The notes below the pieces were generated by a model that saw only the letters and a list, made by a program, of their open reading frames with translations, did not search any database and was not told the DNA's origin. Source: Candidatus Latescibacterota bacterium (GTDB lineage: Bacteria; Latescibacterota; UBA2968; UBA8231). Taken from it: a stretch of DNA of 64,000 bases. Below, piece by piece: positions 19,317-30,441 of the stretch; within the stretch, counting starts at the first letter, position 1; every line of letters begins with the position of its first letter. The position numbers and the translations under genes are program-made. The DNA lies in the NCBI GenBank assembly GCA_965248265.1, contig CBDFJF010000002.1, positions 1-64,000 on the forward strand. The letters run 5' to 3'.

Positions 19317-20101
19317 TCGGAGGGCAAATGCCTTCCCACAATCTCCAGCGCGGCCTCATGAAGCAGTCCATTGGAAGCTAGCAGGCTCGTCTTCTTCAGG
19401 GGTAGATCGCCATCGTTACAAGATGTCACACGGCCGCCAGCTTCTTCGACGAACAAGCGTCCAGCGCCGAAATCCCACGGTTGCAGCTGGTACTCAAAAA
19501 ACAGACCGAACATCCCCATGCCGACCTGGCACAGATCCAGCGAGGCCGTGCCCATGCGACGAATGCCATGGATGTTGCGCCCGAACAGCTCGCCAATGGC
19601 CGCCAGCGTCGCTTCCATGATCTTGCCACGATCGTAGTAGAAACCGACGCCGACCAGGACCTGGTCGAGCCCCATCTCCTCGCCGACGTGAACGCGGGTG
19701 CCGTTGTGGAAGGCGCCCTGGCCTTTGACGGCCTCGTAACAATCGTCGCGCACCGGGTTGGTGACGACGCCACACATCGGCTGGCCATCGTGGTAGTAGG
19801 CGACGGACACGGCGAAGTGGGGCACTCGGTGGGCGAAGTTGTTGGTACCGTCGACCGGGTCGATGACCCACAAGTGTTCGACATCGGTATCGGAGCCCGC
19901 GTGCACTTCCTCTCCCAGTACGGAGTGGTCAGGGAAGTTGTGATGGATCACCTCGACGATGCGCTTCTCGGCATTGACGTCGGCGTCGGAGACCAGATTG
20001 TAGGGCTCCTTGCTGCGCATCTCCACGCCGTCGCGGAAGTAGCCGGCGACAATCTGGCTGCCGGCGCTGACCGCCTCTCTGCAGACCTGCATTTCCTTCA
20101 T
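19307..20101 (-). CDS. suhB: Inositol monophosphatase family protein
   Basis: GEE, WVIDPVDGTNNF and QPWDFGAG motifs. Real start is MKEMQV at 20101. Confidence 0.88.
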   Translation of the reverse strand: MKEMQVCREAVSAGSQIVAGYFRDGVEMRSKEPYNLVSDADVNAEKRIVEVIHHNFPDHSVLGEEVHAGSDTDVEHLWVIDPVDGTNNFAHRVPHFAVSVAYYHDGQPMCGVVTNPVRDDCYEAVKGQGAFHNGTRVHVGEEMGLDQVLVGVGFYYDRGKIMEATLAAIGELFGRNIHGIRRMGTASLDLCQVGMGMFGLFFEYQLQPWDFGAGRLFVEEAGGRVTSCNDGDLPLKKTSLLASNGLLHEAALEIVGRHLPSECA

Positions 20102-20323
20102 CAAGTGTTGACATCCTCCATGGCGGCTTTTGGGTCTCTTGCCAGCGGCCCCTGTTACCATCAGTCCAGTTGCACGATCTGAGCCAAGCAACAGACCTAA
20201 ACCAAACAGTAACACTATGGAGGGCCTCACGATATCACGAGTGGCCAGTTTCTGGAGCAGCAGACCCGAATTCAGACTCGAATCAGACGAATTCAGGCCT
20301 CCAACAAGGCGGCTGGGGCCAAG

Positions 20324-20494
20324 GTGATGGGTCTGGCGTACGAGGAGGCGAGGAGGTACAGGCATACATATGTCGGACAGGAACATATCCTGCTGGCACT
20401 TGCCCAACTTGGGGAGTCAGCTGCAGCAGCACTGGAGGCATGCGGCGGTTGGGAATTTCAGGGGGCAATTGGCCGCTCTCAGGGAATACTCTGA
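20324..20494 (+). pseudogene. Isolated Clp N-terminal repeat fragment (56 aa, absent from the ORF track)
   Basis: Translation VMGLAYEEARRYRHTYVGQEHILLAL matches the Clp_N repeat consensus. Confidence 0.6.
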
Positions 20495-21504
20495 TGATCG
20501 CGGTCCCGCACTCGATACCAACAAAGCAGCTCATCGACTGAGGGTAACTCACGCCCGCTCCCCTCGGGAGTATCTACATACAGAAACGCCGTTGACGAAT
20601 GGGCGAAGGGCTTGGCCTCCTTCTTGTTCGGCACATTGAACTCCATCCTAAAGCGCTTCTGAAACCGCACGGCATCAGCTTCATGTACTCGGTACATGGC
20701 AACCATTGAATTCAAGGCATCCTTTACCGGCAGGCCGTGCAGTGGACCTTGGAAGCAGCCGTCGCGGAAGTACCATCCTCCCATGAAGTAGTCCTCCAGG
20801 CCGGTGCCGACGATGCGGGCGGTATCCCAATCGTCATCGATATAGATGTACTCCGGGGCTTCAAGGTAACCCAGATAGTTGTGTGCCTCAGCCTGTATGG
20901 AGAGGGTGCAGCCGGCGTAGTGTCCGTGACCGGTGGCCTCAGCCAAGTGCAAGGGCTCGGGGCCGGCGTTGCGTCCGGTGTTGAACTGGGCGTGGAAGTA
21001 GCCGAACTCATTCGGCAGGTCGTCGGTGAGTTGATACAGAAAATTGGCGTAGACTTCGGTGTCCGTATCGCGATCCCGGTTCTCTACTTCGATACGAAAG
21101 CTGGAGGTGAATCCCATCGGAAAGCTGCAATAGAAGCCGCCGCTGGACATGCCCAAGTATTTGGAGGTGAAGTTGGCGGTTTCGCACAGTCCGATGCCAA
21201 AGAAGTCGCCGATCGGTGACTCCACTGCCGGTCTCTCGGCGCCGTCCCAGTAGATCCGGATGATCAGGGTTTTCAGAATTGACGGGCATACCGGAGCCTC
21301 AGTCCGCCAGTTACGCCAGAACCATCCCGGAAAAGTCAACCACAGCTGTGCGATGTAGCCGCGGCCTTGCACGTCGGCGAGAGTCGTCGTCTGACCGCGC
21401 GCAACGTTGAAGGTCTTGTCGAGGTCGCCGTCGAAGGTGTTGGACTGGTGAGTCTCCTCAGTCCTCAGTTCCATCATGCTGGTAAAGTTCATGGTTGACT
21501 TCAT
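20479..21504 (-). CDS. DUF2961 / GH172-like glycoside hydrolase
   Basis: IRIYWDG..PAVESPIGDFFG, GTGLEDYF and YRVH..D motifs; start uncertain. Confidence 0.85.
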   Translation of the reverse strand: MKSTMNFTSMMELRTEETHQSNTFDGDLDKTFNVARGQTTTLADVQGRGYIAQLWLTFPGWFWRNWRTEAPVCPSILKTLIIRIYWDGAERPAVESPIGDFFGIGLCETANFTSKYLGMSSGGFYCSFPMGFTSSFRIEVENRDRDTDTEVYANFLYQLTDDLPNEFGYFHAQFNTGRNAGPEPLHLAEATGHGHYAGCTLSIQAEAHNYLGYLEAPEYIYIDDDWDTARIVGTGLEDYFMGGWYFRDGCFQGPLHGLPVKDALNSMVAMYRVHEADAVRFQKRFRMEFNVPNKKEAKPFAHSSTAFLYVDTPEGSGRELPSVDELLCWYRVRDRDHQSIP

Positions 21505-21588
21505 CCTTCGGCTTTGTGTTACCAGGGGGAAACAAGAATGGCCCTTTTTCGGGGCCATTCCATTTGAACGAGCTGTGCGAGCGGAGAA

Positions 21589-23556
21589 TCAGCGATTCGC
21601 GATCAGCGACTCGACGACGCTGGGATCTGCCAGGGTCGAGGTGTCGCCGATCTGATCCATTTCATTGGTGGCGATCTTTCGCAGGATTCGGCGCATGATT
21701 TTACCCGAACGCGTCTTCGGCAATCCCGGCGCCCAGTGGATGACGTCGGGTGTGGCGATGGGGCCGATGACGGTGCGCACCTGCTGCTTGAGCTCGCCGC
21801 GCAGCTCCTCCGTGTACTCCACTCCTACGTTTAGAGTTACATACGCGTAGATGCCCTGGCCCTTCACCTCATGTGGAAAGCCGACGACGGCGGCTTCAGC
21901 TACGTTGGCGTGGGCGACCAGGGCGCTTTCGACTTCAGCGGTACCCATGCGGTGCCCGGAGATGTTGATGACGTCGTCGACACGACCGGTGATCCAGTAG
22001 TAGCCATCTTCGTCACGGCGGCAGCCGTCGCCGGTGAAGTAGTAGCCCTTGTACTGCTGGAAATAGGTCTCCTCGAAACGCTTGTGATCCCCGTAGATTG
22101 TGCGCATTTGGCCTGGCCAGGGAGCCTTCATGGCGAGGACGCCACTGACGTCGTTGCCCTCCAGCACTTTGCCGCCCTCGGCCTCGAGGATCACCGGTTC
22201 AATGCCGAAGAAGGGTAGCGTCGCCGAGCCTGGTTTGGTCGGGATGGCACCTGGAATCGGCGTGATCAGGATGCCGCCGGTCTCCGTCTGCCACCAGGTG
22301 TCGACGATGGGACAACGTTCCTTGCCGGCATTGCGGTGGTACCACATCCAGGCTTCCGGATTGATCGGTTCACCGACGGTGCCCAGTACCCTCAGCGAGG
22401 GCATGTCGTACTTAGCCGGCCATTCCTCACCCTCGCGGGCGATGGCTCTGATGGCGGTCGGGGCGGTGTAGAACTGGTTGACCTTCCACTTCTCGATCAC
22501 GGCCCAGTAACGGCCCGGATCGGGGTAGGTCGGGATGCTCTCGAACATGACGGTTGTAGCGCCATTGGCGAGGGGCCCGTAGACGATGTAGGAGTGACCG
22601 GTTACCCAACCGATGTCGGCGGCGCAGAAGTAGATGTCGCCGTCGTGGTAATCGAAGACGTACTTGTGCGTCGTCGCGGTGTAGACCATGTAGCCGCCGA
22701 CGGTGTGCTGGACGCCTTTGGGTTTGCCCGTGGATCCAGAAGTATAGAGGATGAACAGCGGGTCCTCTGCATTCATCTCCTCACAGGGACAATCGGGGCT
22801 GGCATCCTCGACCAGGTCGTGCCACCAGAAATCGCGGCCTTCGACCATTTCGCAGGGGATGTCGGGGTTGTCTTTGACGCGCTCGACGACGACGCAGGTC
22901 GTCACCGGCAGGCCCATCTCCTTTTCGGCATCCGTCATGGCCTTGTCGGCGACCGGCTTCATCGGCAAGGGTTTGTCGGCGCGATGGGTGCCGTTGCAGG
23001 TGATCAGGGTCTGACAGGTGGAGTCGACGATACGGTCCGAGAGGGAGTCGGCCGAAAATCCACCGAAGACGATGGAATGGACGGCACCAATACGAGCGCA
23101 TGCCAGCATGGCAATGGCGAGTTCGGGAACCATGGGCAGGTAGATGGAGACGCGATCCCCTTTCTGCACTCCACGCGATTTGAGCACGTTGGCGAATCGG
23201 CAAACCTGCTCGTGTAGCTGCTTGTAGGTCAGGGTGCCGTCTTCGCCGGGCTCGTTGCCCTCCCAGATAATGGCCACCTGGTCGCCGCGGTCACCCAAAT
23301 GCCGGTCCAGGCAATTGTAGGTGATGTTGGTTTTGCCTCCGGTGAACCACTTGATCTTTATCGGGGCCTTGTCCATGTCGTAGTTGTAGGCCCGCACCGT
23401 CTCCCACTTTTTGAACCAATGGAATCCTGATGCCTTTTCGGCCCAGAAGCTTTCAGGATCGGCGATGGAGCGGTCATACTCGGATTGGTATTCCTCCAGA
23501 CTCTTGAAATGGGCTTTCTGGCTGAACAATTCCGACGGGGGAAACACGTCACTCAT
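21589..23556 (-). CDS. acs: Acetyl-CoA synthetase
   Basis: [20 protein letters not shown] and [11 protein letters not shown] motifs. Confidence 0.97.
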   Translation of the reverse strand: MSDVFPPSELFSQKAHFKSLEEYQSEYDRSIADPESFWAEKASGFHWFKKWETVRAYNYDMDKAPIKIKWFTGGKTNITYNCLDRHLGDRGDQVAIIWEGNEPGEDGTLTYKQLHEQVCRFANVLKSRGVQKGDRVSIYLPMVPELAIAMLACARIGAVHSIVFGGFSADSLSDRIVDSTCQTLITCNGTHRADKPLPMKPVADKAMTDAEKEMGLPVTTCVVVERVKDNPDIPCEMVEGRDFWWHDLVEDASPDCPCEEMNAEDPLFILYTSGSTGKPKGVQHTVGGYMVYTATTHKYVFDYHDGDIYFCAADIGWVTGHSYIVYGPLANGATTVMFESIPTYPDPGRYWAVIEKWKVNQFYTAPTAIRAIAREGEEWPAKYDMPSLRVLGTVGEPINPEAWMWYHRNAGKERCPIVDTWWQTETGGILITPIPGAIPTKPGSATLPFFGIEPVILEAEGGKVLEGNDVSGVLAMKAPWPGQMRTIYGDHKRFEETYFQQYKGYYFTGDGCRRDEDGYYWITGRVDDVINISGHRMGTAEVESALVAHANVAEAAVVGFPHEVKGQGIYAYVTLNVGVEYTEELRGELKQQVRTVIGPIATPDVIHWAPGLPKTRSGKIMRRILRKIATNEMDQIGDTSTLADPSVVESLIANR

Positions 23557-23661
23557 GGGGAAATCTCTCCTGTAGTGGTGCGTTCAGCATCCACACGTAA
23601 TAGCACACGCCCGTTTGCAGTAGAGTAATATGTGCAGACGGTCGGGTCAGGCAAAGGCGGT

Positions 23662-24384
23662 TCACTGGGGTACTGCCACGGCCTGCGTCGTCGTCGCCGG
23701 CGAGGCGTGGTGATTCCAGCCGCGTAACACCAGATTCTCGCAAAACCGGTGAACGTCTTCCTTGCGGTCCTTCCCTGAAAACACGCGAACGAACACGACC
23801 TTGCGAGGCTTGTCGGATTGATTGGAAACCGAGCCGTGCACGGTAAGATAGTGGAAGAAGATCACATCTCCGGGCCCGGCCTCGATCGGCGTGGCCTCTT
23901 CGAATGGAAACTGCCGGTGGAAGGCGTCGTCGTTCGCCGATGACTTCTCCAGGCGACCGCGCTTGTGTGAACCCGGGTAGACTCTCAGGCAGCCCATCTC
24001 CTCCGTTGACTCGCTGACGTGAATCATGCAGCCGATCATGGTATCGCTCACGGTCGGCAGGTAGCTCCAGTCCTGGTGCATGCGAAAGGGCCCCACGGCT
24101 TCGGTGCGCTGCTTCTGAAACAGTGTCGTGTGGTTCAGCACGATGTCGGGCCCGACGAGCTGTTCCACCAGGTCGAGAAGCCTGCTGTCGAGGATGAGCG
24201 ACATCCACAGGCCCGAGTACTGGTGCACGTTCCGCGTCATGATGATGCCGTCGTCGTTGACCGGGCCGCATTGCTGCACGACTCGATCGAACTCTTCTTC
24301 CAGCCTAACCATCTCTTGCGGTGGAATAACCCCCCGGGCCACGCAATAGCCATTCTCATCGAAGAAACTCGCAAGGTCGCTCAT
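23662..24384 (-). CDS. PhyH family dioxygenase
   Basis: MHQDW, GCLRVYPGSHK and TVHGS motifs. Confidence 0.88.
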   Translation of the reverse strand: MSDLASFFDENGYCVARGVIPPQEMVRLEEEFDRVVQQCGPVNDDGIIMTRNVHQYSGLWMSLILDSRLLDLVEQLVGPDIVLNHTTLFQKQRTEAVGPFRMHQDWSYLPTVSDTMIGCMIHVSESTEEMGCLRVYPGSHKRGRLEKSSANDDAFHRQFPFEEATPIEAGPGDVIFFHYLTVHGSVSNQSDKPRKVVFVRVFSGKDRKEDVHRFCENLVLRGWNHHASPATTTQAVAVPQ

Positions 24385-24503
24385 AGTCAGATTATGCTTT
24401 CTGATGACTGCCGCCGCATCCCACTAGTGCAACGGCACGATGTCATCCTTCAAATGACACCTTCCGGGTGCTTGTTTGATACTGGTAAGGCGCCGTCGAT
24501 CGG

Positions 24504-24998
24504 TTACTCGGTTGCAAGCAGCTCCTTCAGAACTCGATCTATGTACGGTCCCAAGACGTGCAGACGCGAGAATTCAGCGACGATGGTGGCGGCCATGTCT
24601 TCAGGTCCGAACTTGATCTCACCCTTGATGGGTTTGGCTCGACCGGCTTTATAGCCAGGCCACGATGAGATCAGCTCAGCAGGCTCCGACAGAGTATGCC
24701 AGATCTTCGTAAAGTCTGATCCTTTCTTGTGGCTGCCTGGAAAGGTTGGCTGGTGCAGTATGTGCAGGACGAAGGGCAACTTTGACTTCATGAGCTCTTT
24801 GTCACTGACCCAGGTCTCGATGTGAATGCCCATGCCATCGTCGTTGAACCAACCCTTCTTGGAGAGCTGAAGTCCGGACCATGCAGCGCCGCCATCATCC
24901 GGGCCGGTATGCCGCAATGTCCAGTTGTCCCCATACCAGCTCAGCTGGCGGATCTGGTGCTCTGCGGTCTTCAGCCGGACTTCAACATCGCTGGACAT
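24504..24998 (-). CDS. Hypothetical protein
   Basis: 164-aa ORF with a GAGG RBS, co-oriented with its neighbours. Confidence 0.65.
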   Translation of the reverse strand: MSSDVEVRLKTAEHQIRQLSWYGDNWTLRHTGPDDGGAAWSGLQLSKKGWFNDDGMGIHIETWVSDKELMKSKLPFVLHILHQPTFPGSHKKGSDFTKIWHTLSEPAELISSWPGYKAGRAKPIKGEIKFGPEDMAATIVAEFSRLHVLGPYIDRVLKELLATE

Positions 24999-25016
24999 GG
25001 TTGCCTCGGCTCTCCC

Positions 25017-25907
25017 TCATGTGGCAGCCCTGGACGGAATCCGTTCAAAGCCAAGTTCGGCTTGAGCCCTGCGGTACTCCTCCAGCACACCGTCTTCGGA
25101 GACAAACGGCTTGTAGACGAGTCGGAGGTTGAAGGTGTATCTCCTGCCCACTTGGTAGTCTTCTTCCGGTATTACCCACTCGAAGTCCCAGGCCGGGCAT
25201 GCTTGGCCCTCGATCAGACTGGCGCCGCCGCCCGTTGGTGAACAGAAGAACCTGAGCCATTTCGGCGTGTCGAAGACGAGGATCATCGCCATGTTCCCCA
25301 GTCGCCCGAAGTAGAACGGCTCATCGAAGGTCTGATCGTGCCGGTCCCAGTGAAAGGGGCGGTCGTCCGCCCGGCGCTCGCGCCAGTCACTCCTGACGGG
25401 CCAGCTCTCAAGTTGCGCGTCCCGAATGTACGATGGGGCGATGTTTCCCTTGACGCCGTGCTGTGGGGATATGTATCGATGCCATTCGCCACTGGAAAGG
25501 AAATGCAGCCGTGGGTCCTCAGGGCAGTTCATGTAGCAGCACCAGGAAACCTCCCTGAAACTGCACCCCGGCCGCCGAAGGTCTGATTGGTCGGTGAAGG
25601 TCAGGACATGGTCGACGTAGTACGGCGCGCGGACCCTGTATTCGGCGCGTACGTCGACCGGATATGATTCGTCCGCGGCCCGCACGAGCGCGGCTGTCGT
25701 ATCATCCACGACCTCGAGCGTAGGCGACTTTCCCCTGATCTCTCCGGGAATGAGACCGGCAAAGGAATTCCCGAAGGCATTGAACTGTCGGTGCTTCGAT
25801 GTCAGGGACCAGAGACCGCAATACTTCTGTCCGCCTACTCCGTTTCGAGACGCATCACCGACAACGGCTTGAATCTCGTCAGTTTGCAGCAACGCACAAT
25901 GGAGCAT
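25017..25907 (-). CDS. Hypothetical protein (beta-rich, possibly mutarotase-like fold)
   Basis: 296-aa ORF starting 13 nt after an attC R' site. Confidence 0.7.
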   Translation of the reverse strand: MLHCALLQTDEIQAVVGDASRNGVGGQKYCGLWSLTSKHRQFNAFGNSFAGLIPGEIRGKSPTLEVVDDTTAALVRAADESYPVDVRAEYRVRAPYYVDHVLTFTDQSDLRRPGCSFREVSWCCYMNCPEDPRLHFLSSGEWHRYISPQHGVKGNIAPSYIRDAQLESWPVRSDWRERRADDRPFHWDRHDQTFDEPFYFGRLGNMAMILVFDTPKWLRFFCSPTGGGASLIEGQACPAWDFEWVIPEEDYQVGRRYTFNLRLVYKPFVSEDGVLEEYRRAQAELGFERIPSRAAT

Positions 25908-25920
25908 CTGTTTTCTCTTC

Positions 25921-25979
25921 GGATAACGCCGGGCATCAGCGATGGCGATTAGTCGTCCGCCTGCGTGCCCTTGTTTGGC
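25921..25979 (-). other. attC recombination site 1 (59 bp)
   Basis: Minus strand: GCCAAAC AAGGG CACGCAG ... CTGATG CCCGGC GTTATCC, i.e. R''/L''/L'/R' architecture. Confidence 0.75.
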
Positions 25980-25991
25980 GATTGCAGCACT

Positions 25992-27089
25992 TTACGTAAG
26001 CCACCAGTGGTAAATGTTGGTCTTGTTCTTTTCGTATGCGTGAGATGCCTGAACCAGCAGTCGCTCGGGCACTCGCCCATCCGGGTCGTGGACAAGCACG
26101 TTGTTCGAGTACGCTCCGGCGCCCGCGCTCTGCATCCGCAGGTAACGCCCTTCATCCCAGTGGATGCCGTCGCGCGAGGTGTAGAGAACGAAGTGTCCGT
26201 GAATTTCGTCTTCTCCCTTGCTGCCGCTGCGTCCGTGCAATACGAAGCCGTCCTTGAACGCGGCCATTTGCGGATTGCGGATCTGCTTGGCGAAATACGC
26301 CGTTTGCGGTTCGCCCCAAGTCTGTCCGGCATCAGTGCTGATCATATAGTCGAGGTGCTTTTCGTCGTTCTGGTTGTAGACAAAGGCACTCAGTCCGGTG
26401 TCCGGGAGAAAAGCCAGTGCACCATATCCGCGCTGCAGGCTCTCGAACGGCAGCACGCTACGACGGGTAAAAGTGCAGCCCTGGTCTTCGCTGACGTAGA
26501 GCGAATAGTGGTGCTCAGGAAGATTGCCGTACCAAGCTATCCTGCTGTCGTTATATAGCTCGAGCACGTAAATGACATCTTGGTGATACAGGACGTCCCA
26601 GATACGCCCGGGTTCGTCGCCCATGGGTTTCGCATCCTCCCAGGTGCTGCCGCCGTCCGTGCTGCGCAGGACGGTCGGTACCGCCAGCGGCTGCCAGGTG
26701 AAGTTGTTCTCCGCGATATTCGCGCACTCCAGGCAAAACAGAAGAATGGCGCCATCGTTCGTGCTTACGGCTTTCTCGCACATCACGGAGCGGCCCCTGC
26801 CGGCCTCGTACACCCGCTTGGAGTACTCAAGCGGAGCTGGATTGCTCCAAGTGCGACCGCCGTCCTCGGAGCCCTTGTATTCCATCCACCCGTCTCCTGT
26901 ATGGCCGTCGTTGGCGTCCGAGCAGTTCGAGTAGAAGGCCAGTATCTTGCCTGGTGCATGTTCGACAAGGGCATGCCCCAAATGCCCACTGCGACCCTCC
27001 TTCGAGTGATCCACGAACAGCATGCCGTCGTTTGGTGGGCTCGGCGGATCAATTTCGAAGGGATAGTTGTCGGTGTTCCTGGTATTCAT
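25992..27089 (-). CDS. Sialidase/BNR-repeat beta-propeller protein
   Basis: Asp-boxes SEDGGRTW, STDGGSTW, SEDQGCTF, STDAGQTW and SRDGIHW. Confidence 0.88.
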   Translation of the reverse strand: MNTRNTDNYPFEIDPPSPPNDGMLFVDHSKEGRSGHLGHALVEHAPGKILAFYSNCSDANDGHTGDGWMEYKGSEDGGRTWSNPAPLEYSKRVYEAGRGRSVMCEKAVSTNDGAILLFCLECANIAENNFTWQPLAVPTVLRSTDGGSTWEDAKPMGDEPGRIWDVLYHQDVIYVLELYNDSRIAWYGNLPEHHYSLYVSEDQGCTFTRRSVLPFESLQRGYGALAFLPDTGLSAFVYNQNDEKHLDYMISTDAGQTWGEPQTAYFAKQIRNPQMAAFKDGFVLHGRSGSKGEDEIHGHFVLYTSRDGIHWDEGRYLRMQSAGAGAYSNNVLVHDPDGRVPERLLVQASHAYEKNKTNIYHWWLT

Positions 27090-27113
27090 CGCGTGCTCGC
27101 TTTGCCTCCACTA

Positions 27114-28337
27114 TCAGCGTCTTGGCCGACGTTGCCACCGTGGCCAGTCGATGGTATTGCGATCCGGTGCACCCTTGGTGCTGTACGGCAGCTCATAGAG
27201 ATGCACGGCGAGTGGCGCGAAGGCGTCTTCGAGGACGCCGTTGTCAACGTCGATCAGACGATTCTCGGAACGGACCGCGGCTTGCGGTGCGAATCCGACT
27301 TCGGGAACCGGAACAGTAAATCGGGCTTTGATTAGTGACGTGGCGCCGTTGACCGCGATCAGGAAGTAGCCGGTCGGGGTCTTGCGTAGTGACACATAAA
27401 GCGATCCCCCGTCGCCCTCCATCATTTCTGTCTTGAGCTCGCCCGGCGCCTGCGGCGACACCAGATACGGCGTTAGAAGTTTTAACTCCGCCGTCAGGTC
27501 CGCCCACTGTGCGCACTCCGCGGGATTATCGGTCACCCACCATGTCCAGCCCTCGCCCATATAGTGAAAGCTGAAATAGGTGACGCCGCTGATGCCGTGC
27601 GCTATTGCCATGTAGGTCATGCAGCGGACCTCGGTGATCGTCGGGTGACGGTTGTGGGGCGGATCCCGCAGCGGTGCCATTTGTATCCACTGCCAGCTCG
27701 GCTTGCCCGAGCCCTTGATAGTGTTTTCGGAGTAAGAAGCGACCGCGGTCACCGAGGCGACGGGAACGGGATACGTGTCGTCCGAGTGGATGTCGGCGAC
27801 ATGGGCGTAGTCCTGATGATCCTTGAGCCGGCCGACAGCCAGGTTGATCCATACCGGATGTAGAGGATCGAGCCGTTTGATCAGGTCGTAGACCGGCTCG
27901 AAATCCTCAGGCGGATACCGGTACGGATTGTTGGGGTGGTTCGGCTCATCCTCGAGCTCCCATACCAGCAGTCCGGGGTGGTCGCGACAGTCGAGAACGA
28001 TCTGCTCGAGCAACTCCAGATCCTTCCACACACCGTTGCCGACGGAAGCAGCCGCGTACATGCCGTTGGCGTACGCATCGTCGATGTCCGCACGAAACGA
28101 CTGCGGATCCGTCTTCAATCCATGGGTCGCAACCAGATTGAAGCCCATCGCGCTGGCCTCCGGCAGTGAATGATGCCAGTGTGCTGCCCAGCCGATTCCG
28201 ACCGGAAAGAACGGCTTGCCGTTTACATAGAGACCTTCGGCCCGTAGCTCGACCTGCTCTACGGGTGGCAGTGCTCCGGCGCGCGCCGATATCGCACAGA
28301 GCGCCAGAGTTCCGATGAAACACGACGCTTTCTTCAT
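27114..28337 (-). CDS. Secreted putative glycoside hydrolase (TIM barrel)
   Basis: Signal peptide; VNGKPFFPVG, WELEDEP and DTYP motifs. Confidence 0.65.
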   Translation of the reverse strand: MKKASCFIGTLALCAISARAGALPPVEQVELRAEGLYVNGKPFFPVGIGWAAHWHHSLPEASAMGFNLVATHGLKTDPQSFRADIDDAYANGMYAAASVGNGVWKDLELLEQIVLDCRDHPGLLVWELEDEPNHPNNPYRYPPEDFEPVYDLIKRLDPLHPVWINLAVGRLKDHQDYAHVADIHSDDTYPVPVASVTAVASYSENTIKGSGKPSWQWIQMAPLRDPPHNRHPTITEVRCMTYMAIAHGISGVTYFSFHYMGEGWTWWVTDNPAECAQWADLTAELKLLTPYLVSPQAPGELKTEMMEGDGGSLYVSLRKTPTGYFLIAVNGATSLIKARFTVPVPEVGFAPQAAVRSENRLIDVDNGVLEDAFAPLAVHLYELPYSTKGAPDRNTIDWPRWQRRPRR

Positions 28338-28352
28338 ATTGCATTCTCCCTA

Positions 28353-29120
28353 TCAGAACTTGCCGTTGTCATTCTTCCAATCTGTCCGGGGAGGAACTGC
28401 TTCCGTCGTATCCCAGTGCTCCACAATCTTCCCTTCTGAGAGCCGAAAGAGGTCATAGAATGAAGTGTGGATGCCGTCAAGCGCTCCCTCATTGACCGAG
28501 AGAACAAAGTTCCCTTCTGCCAAAAGACGATGGTTTCTCCTGTATTGGATGACACTGCTCCCGTTGGCATTGCGTTCGGCCAGCGCCACTCGGAGCAGCG
28601 ATAGATCGTCGCCGATACCCGGGTTGTGCTCGGTGTAGCAAGATCCATTTAAGTAGTTCTCAAGCCTGTCAATCTTGCCGCTGATGAGGACCTCATCCAC
28701 AAAATCACGAACGCAATCCTGGTTGGATGCTGTGCTGTCCAGGTCTTCTGCGGTTGTAGGCCCATCGATCATGGAGTGACCGGAAGGATTGGGCCCTTCT
28801 TTCTCCTGAATGTTGTCCCAGTGCTCAACGGTCTGGTCACCCTCAAACCGAAAGATCTCGAATCCGACTCTCAGGCTACTAAAGTCATACTCTGTGTGTG
28901 CAAACACGTAGTCACCATCTGAAAAGACACGCACGACATCGACGCGTGGAGATGTCTTGGCGATCCGCTTGAACAGCACGGCCAAGCCTTCACCTCCCTC
29001 GAGGGTCTCAGGATTGTGCTGGATGTATTTGTGCGGATTGACTACAGCTACAGCCTCCTCCTCGCCGGTCTCGATGCCCTTGAGGAGAGCTCGTATTAGT
29101 TCCTTTCTTCTTCTCGACAT
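28353..29120 (-). CDS. Tandem SnoaL/NTF2-like domain protein
   Basis: Two repeats, YIQHNP...VEHWD and YTEHNP...IVEHWD; GGAGG RBS just after attC 2. Confidence 0.85.
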   Translation of the reverse strand: MSRRRKELIRALLKGIETGEEEAVAVVNPHKYIQHNPETLEGGEGLAVLFKRIAKTSPRVDVVRVFSDGDYVFAHTEYDFSSLRVGFEIFRFEGDQTVEHWDNIQEKEGPNPSGHSMIDGPTTAEDLDSTASNQDCVRDFVDEVLISGKIDRLENYLNGSCYTEHNPGIGDDLSLLRVALAERNANGSSVIQYRRNHRLLAEGNFVLSVNEGALDGIHTSFYDLFRLSEGKIVEHWDTTEAVPPRTDWKNDNGKF

Positions 29121-29140
29121 GAAGCCTCCTGCTTCCGTGC

Positions 29141-29262
29141 CGCCAACGAAATGATGAGCTGCGCTGTTTACGCCCGGGCCGTCACTGACCTCGATTACCG
29201 CCGGGACACAGCAAGCAGCTTCTGGTCACCAATGATTCGGTCCGCTCGATCATGCGTTACGC
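29141..29262 (-). other. attC recombination site 2 (122 bp)
   Basis: Minus strand: GCGTAAC GCATGATCGAGC ... GCTCATCATTTC GTTGGCG, with one extrahelical C. Arms are nearly identical to attC 3. Confidence 0.85.
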
Positions 29263-29266
29263 ATGA

Positions 29267-30186
29267 TCATCCCTCTATTCTGCCAAATCGTTGTAGCGTC
29301 AACAGCTTCTCAATGGTTATGACACCCGACCACTCAGTCTTGGCCTTCTTCCATTCATCTGGATAGGCATCATCCCACGACCAGGTTGGGCTCCATGACC
29401 CATCTGCGTTCTGAGTAGAAATCTCGTAGTCGAGATTTGCGGCAACTGCTTCCTCAAGCCCGCAATAAATGGAGATTCAGGGGTGCTAACCACCTGCAAT
29501 GGTCTTAAGCTGTATCCTTTCCAGGCTTCCGGATCGCAAGCAACAGTGTCCACTATGAGTTGCCGGATCCGACCTGCCACCTGCTGTCGATAGTCGACTG
29601 GGAGCGACGCAGTCTGGAGCATGCGCAAGCAGCAAAGCAAGTCGTGCATTTCGATCTTGTCGAGTTCCTGCAACTCAAACAGAACCCTAGCGGACACAGG
29701 CGTGAGGATCTCCGTCGGCGCATGTTGCCGGCAGTCGTGGAGATATCCGAGGATCTCCGCAGTTGGATTGAGAGAGAACTCCTCAAACTTCTCCATACGT
29801 CCAGCCTGATACCACCAGGGAGCCCGAGGGCTCATCTCGGCTTCTTCAGGGATGCTTCTCCAGCTTTGCTGAGCTTCATCAAATGTCTTCACAAGGAAGT
29901 GCACTGCGCGAGATAGCATCCAGTGCTTCGTGGGCAGGCTGAGCTCTCTGAATATCTGAAAGGCGATAGAAGTGCAGAGCGCAGAGCTCTCAGGCGCACG
30001 CAAGTCAGGCTCAAGAGCATTGCCGAACCCTCCGTCTTCATTCTGAAACTTGGCAAGAGCGTCCAAGACATCGCTCTGTGGTGCATCACCGAATGCGTGG
30101 TCGTACCGCGTCATCTCGAGTGGACGTCCCTGAGCCTGTAAAAACCGCCCCGCAGCTTTCAGGGCATCTTTGCCTAACATTTCCAT
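29267..30186 (-). pseudogene. Prenyltransferase/squalene-cyclase-repeat-like protein with a 1-nt frameshift
   Basis: FQNEDGGFGNALEPD at the N-terminus. The second repeat (TQNADGSWSPTWSW) continues in another frame after GCGGGC near 29460. Confidence 0.7.
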
Positions 30187-30441
30187 ATCATTCTCTCTTG
30201 CACAACGCCCTGCAGGGCGGCACAGACCGTATCTCATCTCGCCGGTTGGACGATCTTCGCGAACTCCTCCTTGATGAAACCAACGATCGATTTCCGTTCG
30301 CTGTTGCCGATGGTCTGGCCACCAGCAATGACGTGACACGTCTTGGGCAGCCGATCGAGTTCGTCCATCGAAATGCCGTGCAACAGGGGGAGATCTGTGC
30401 GCGCGACGTTCATCCTTCTCGACGAGCATCGTTGCAATCTT

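Noticed and set aside
24426-24509. Possible further attC (GAGTAAC...GTTGCAC) overlapping the stop of ORF 24504
   Set aside because: The L-box pairing is too weak to call by eye; it needs a covariance-model score.
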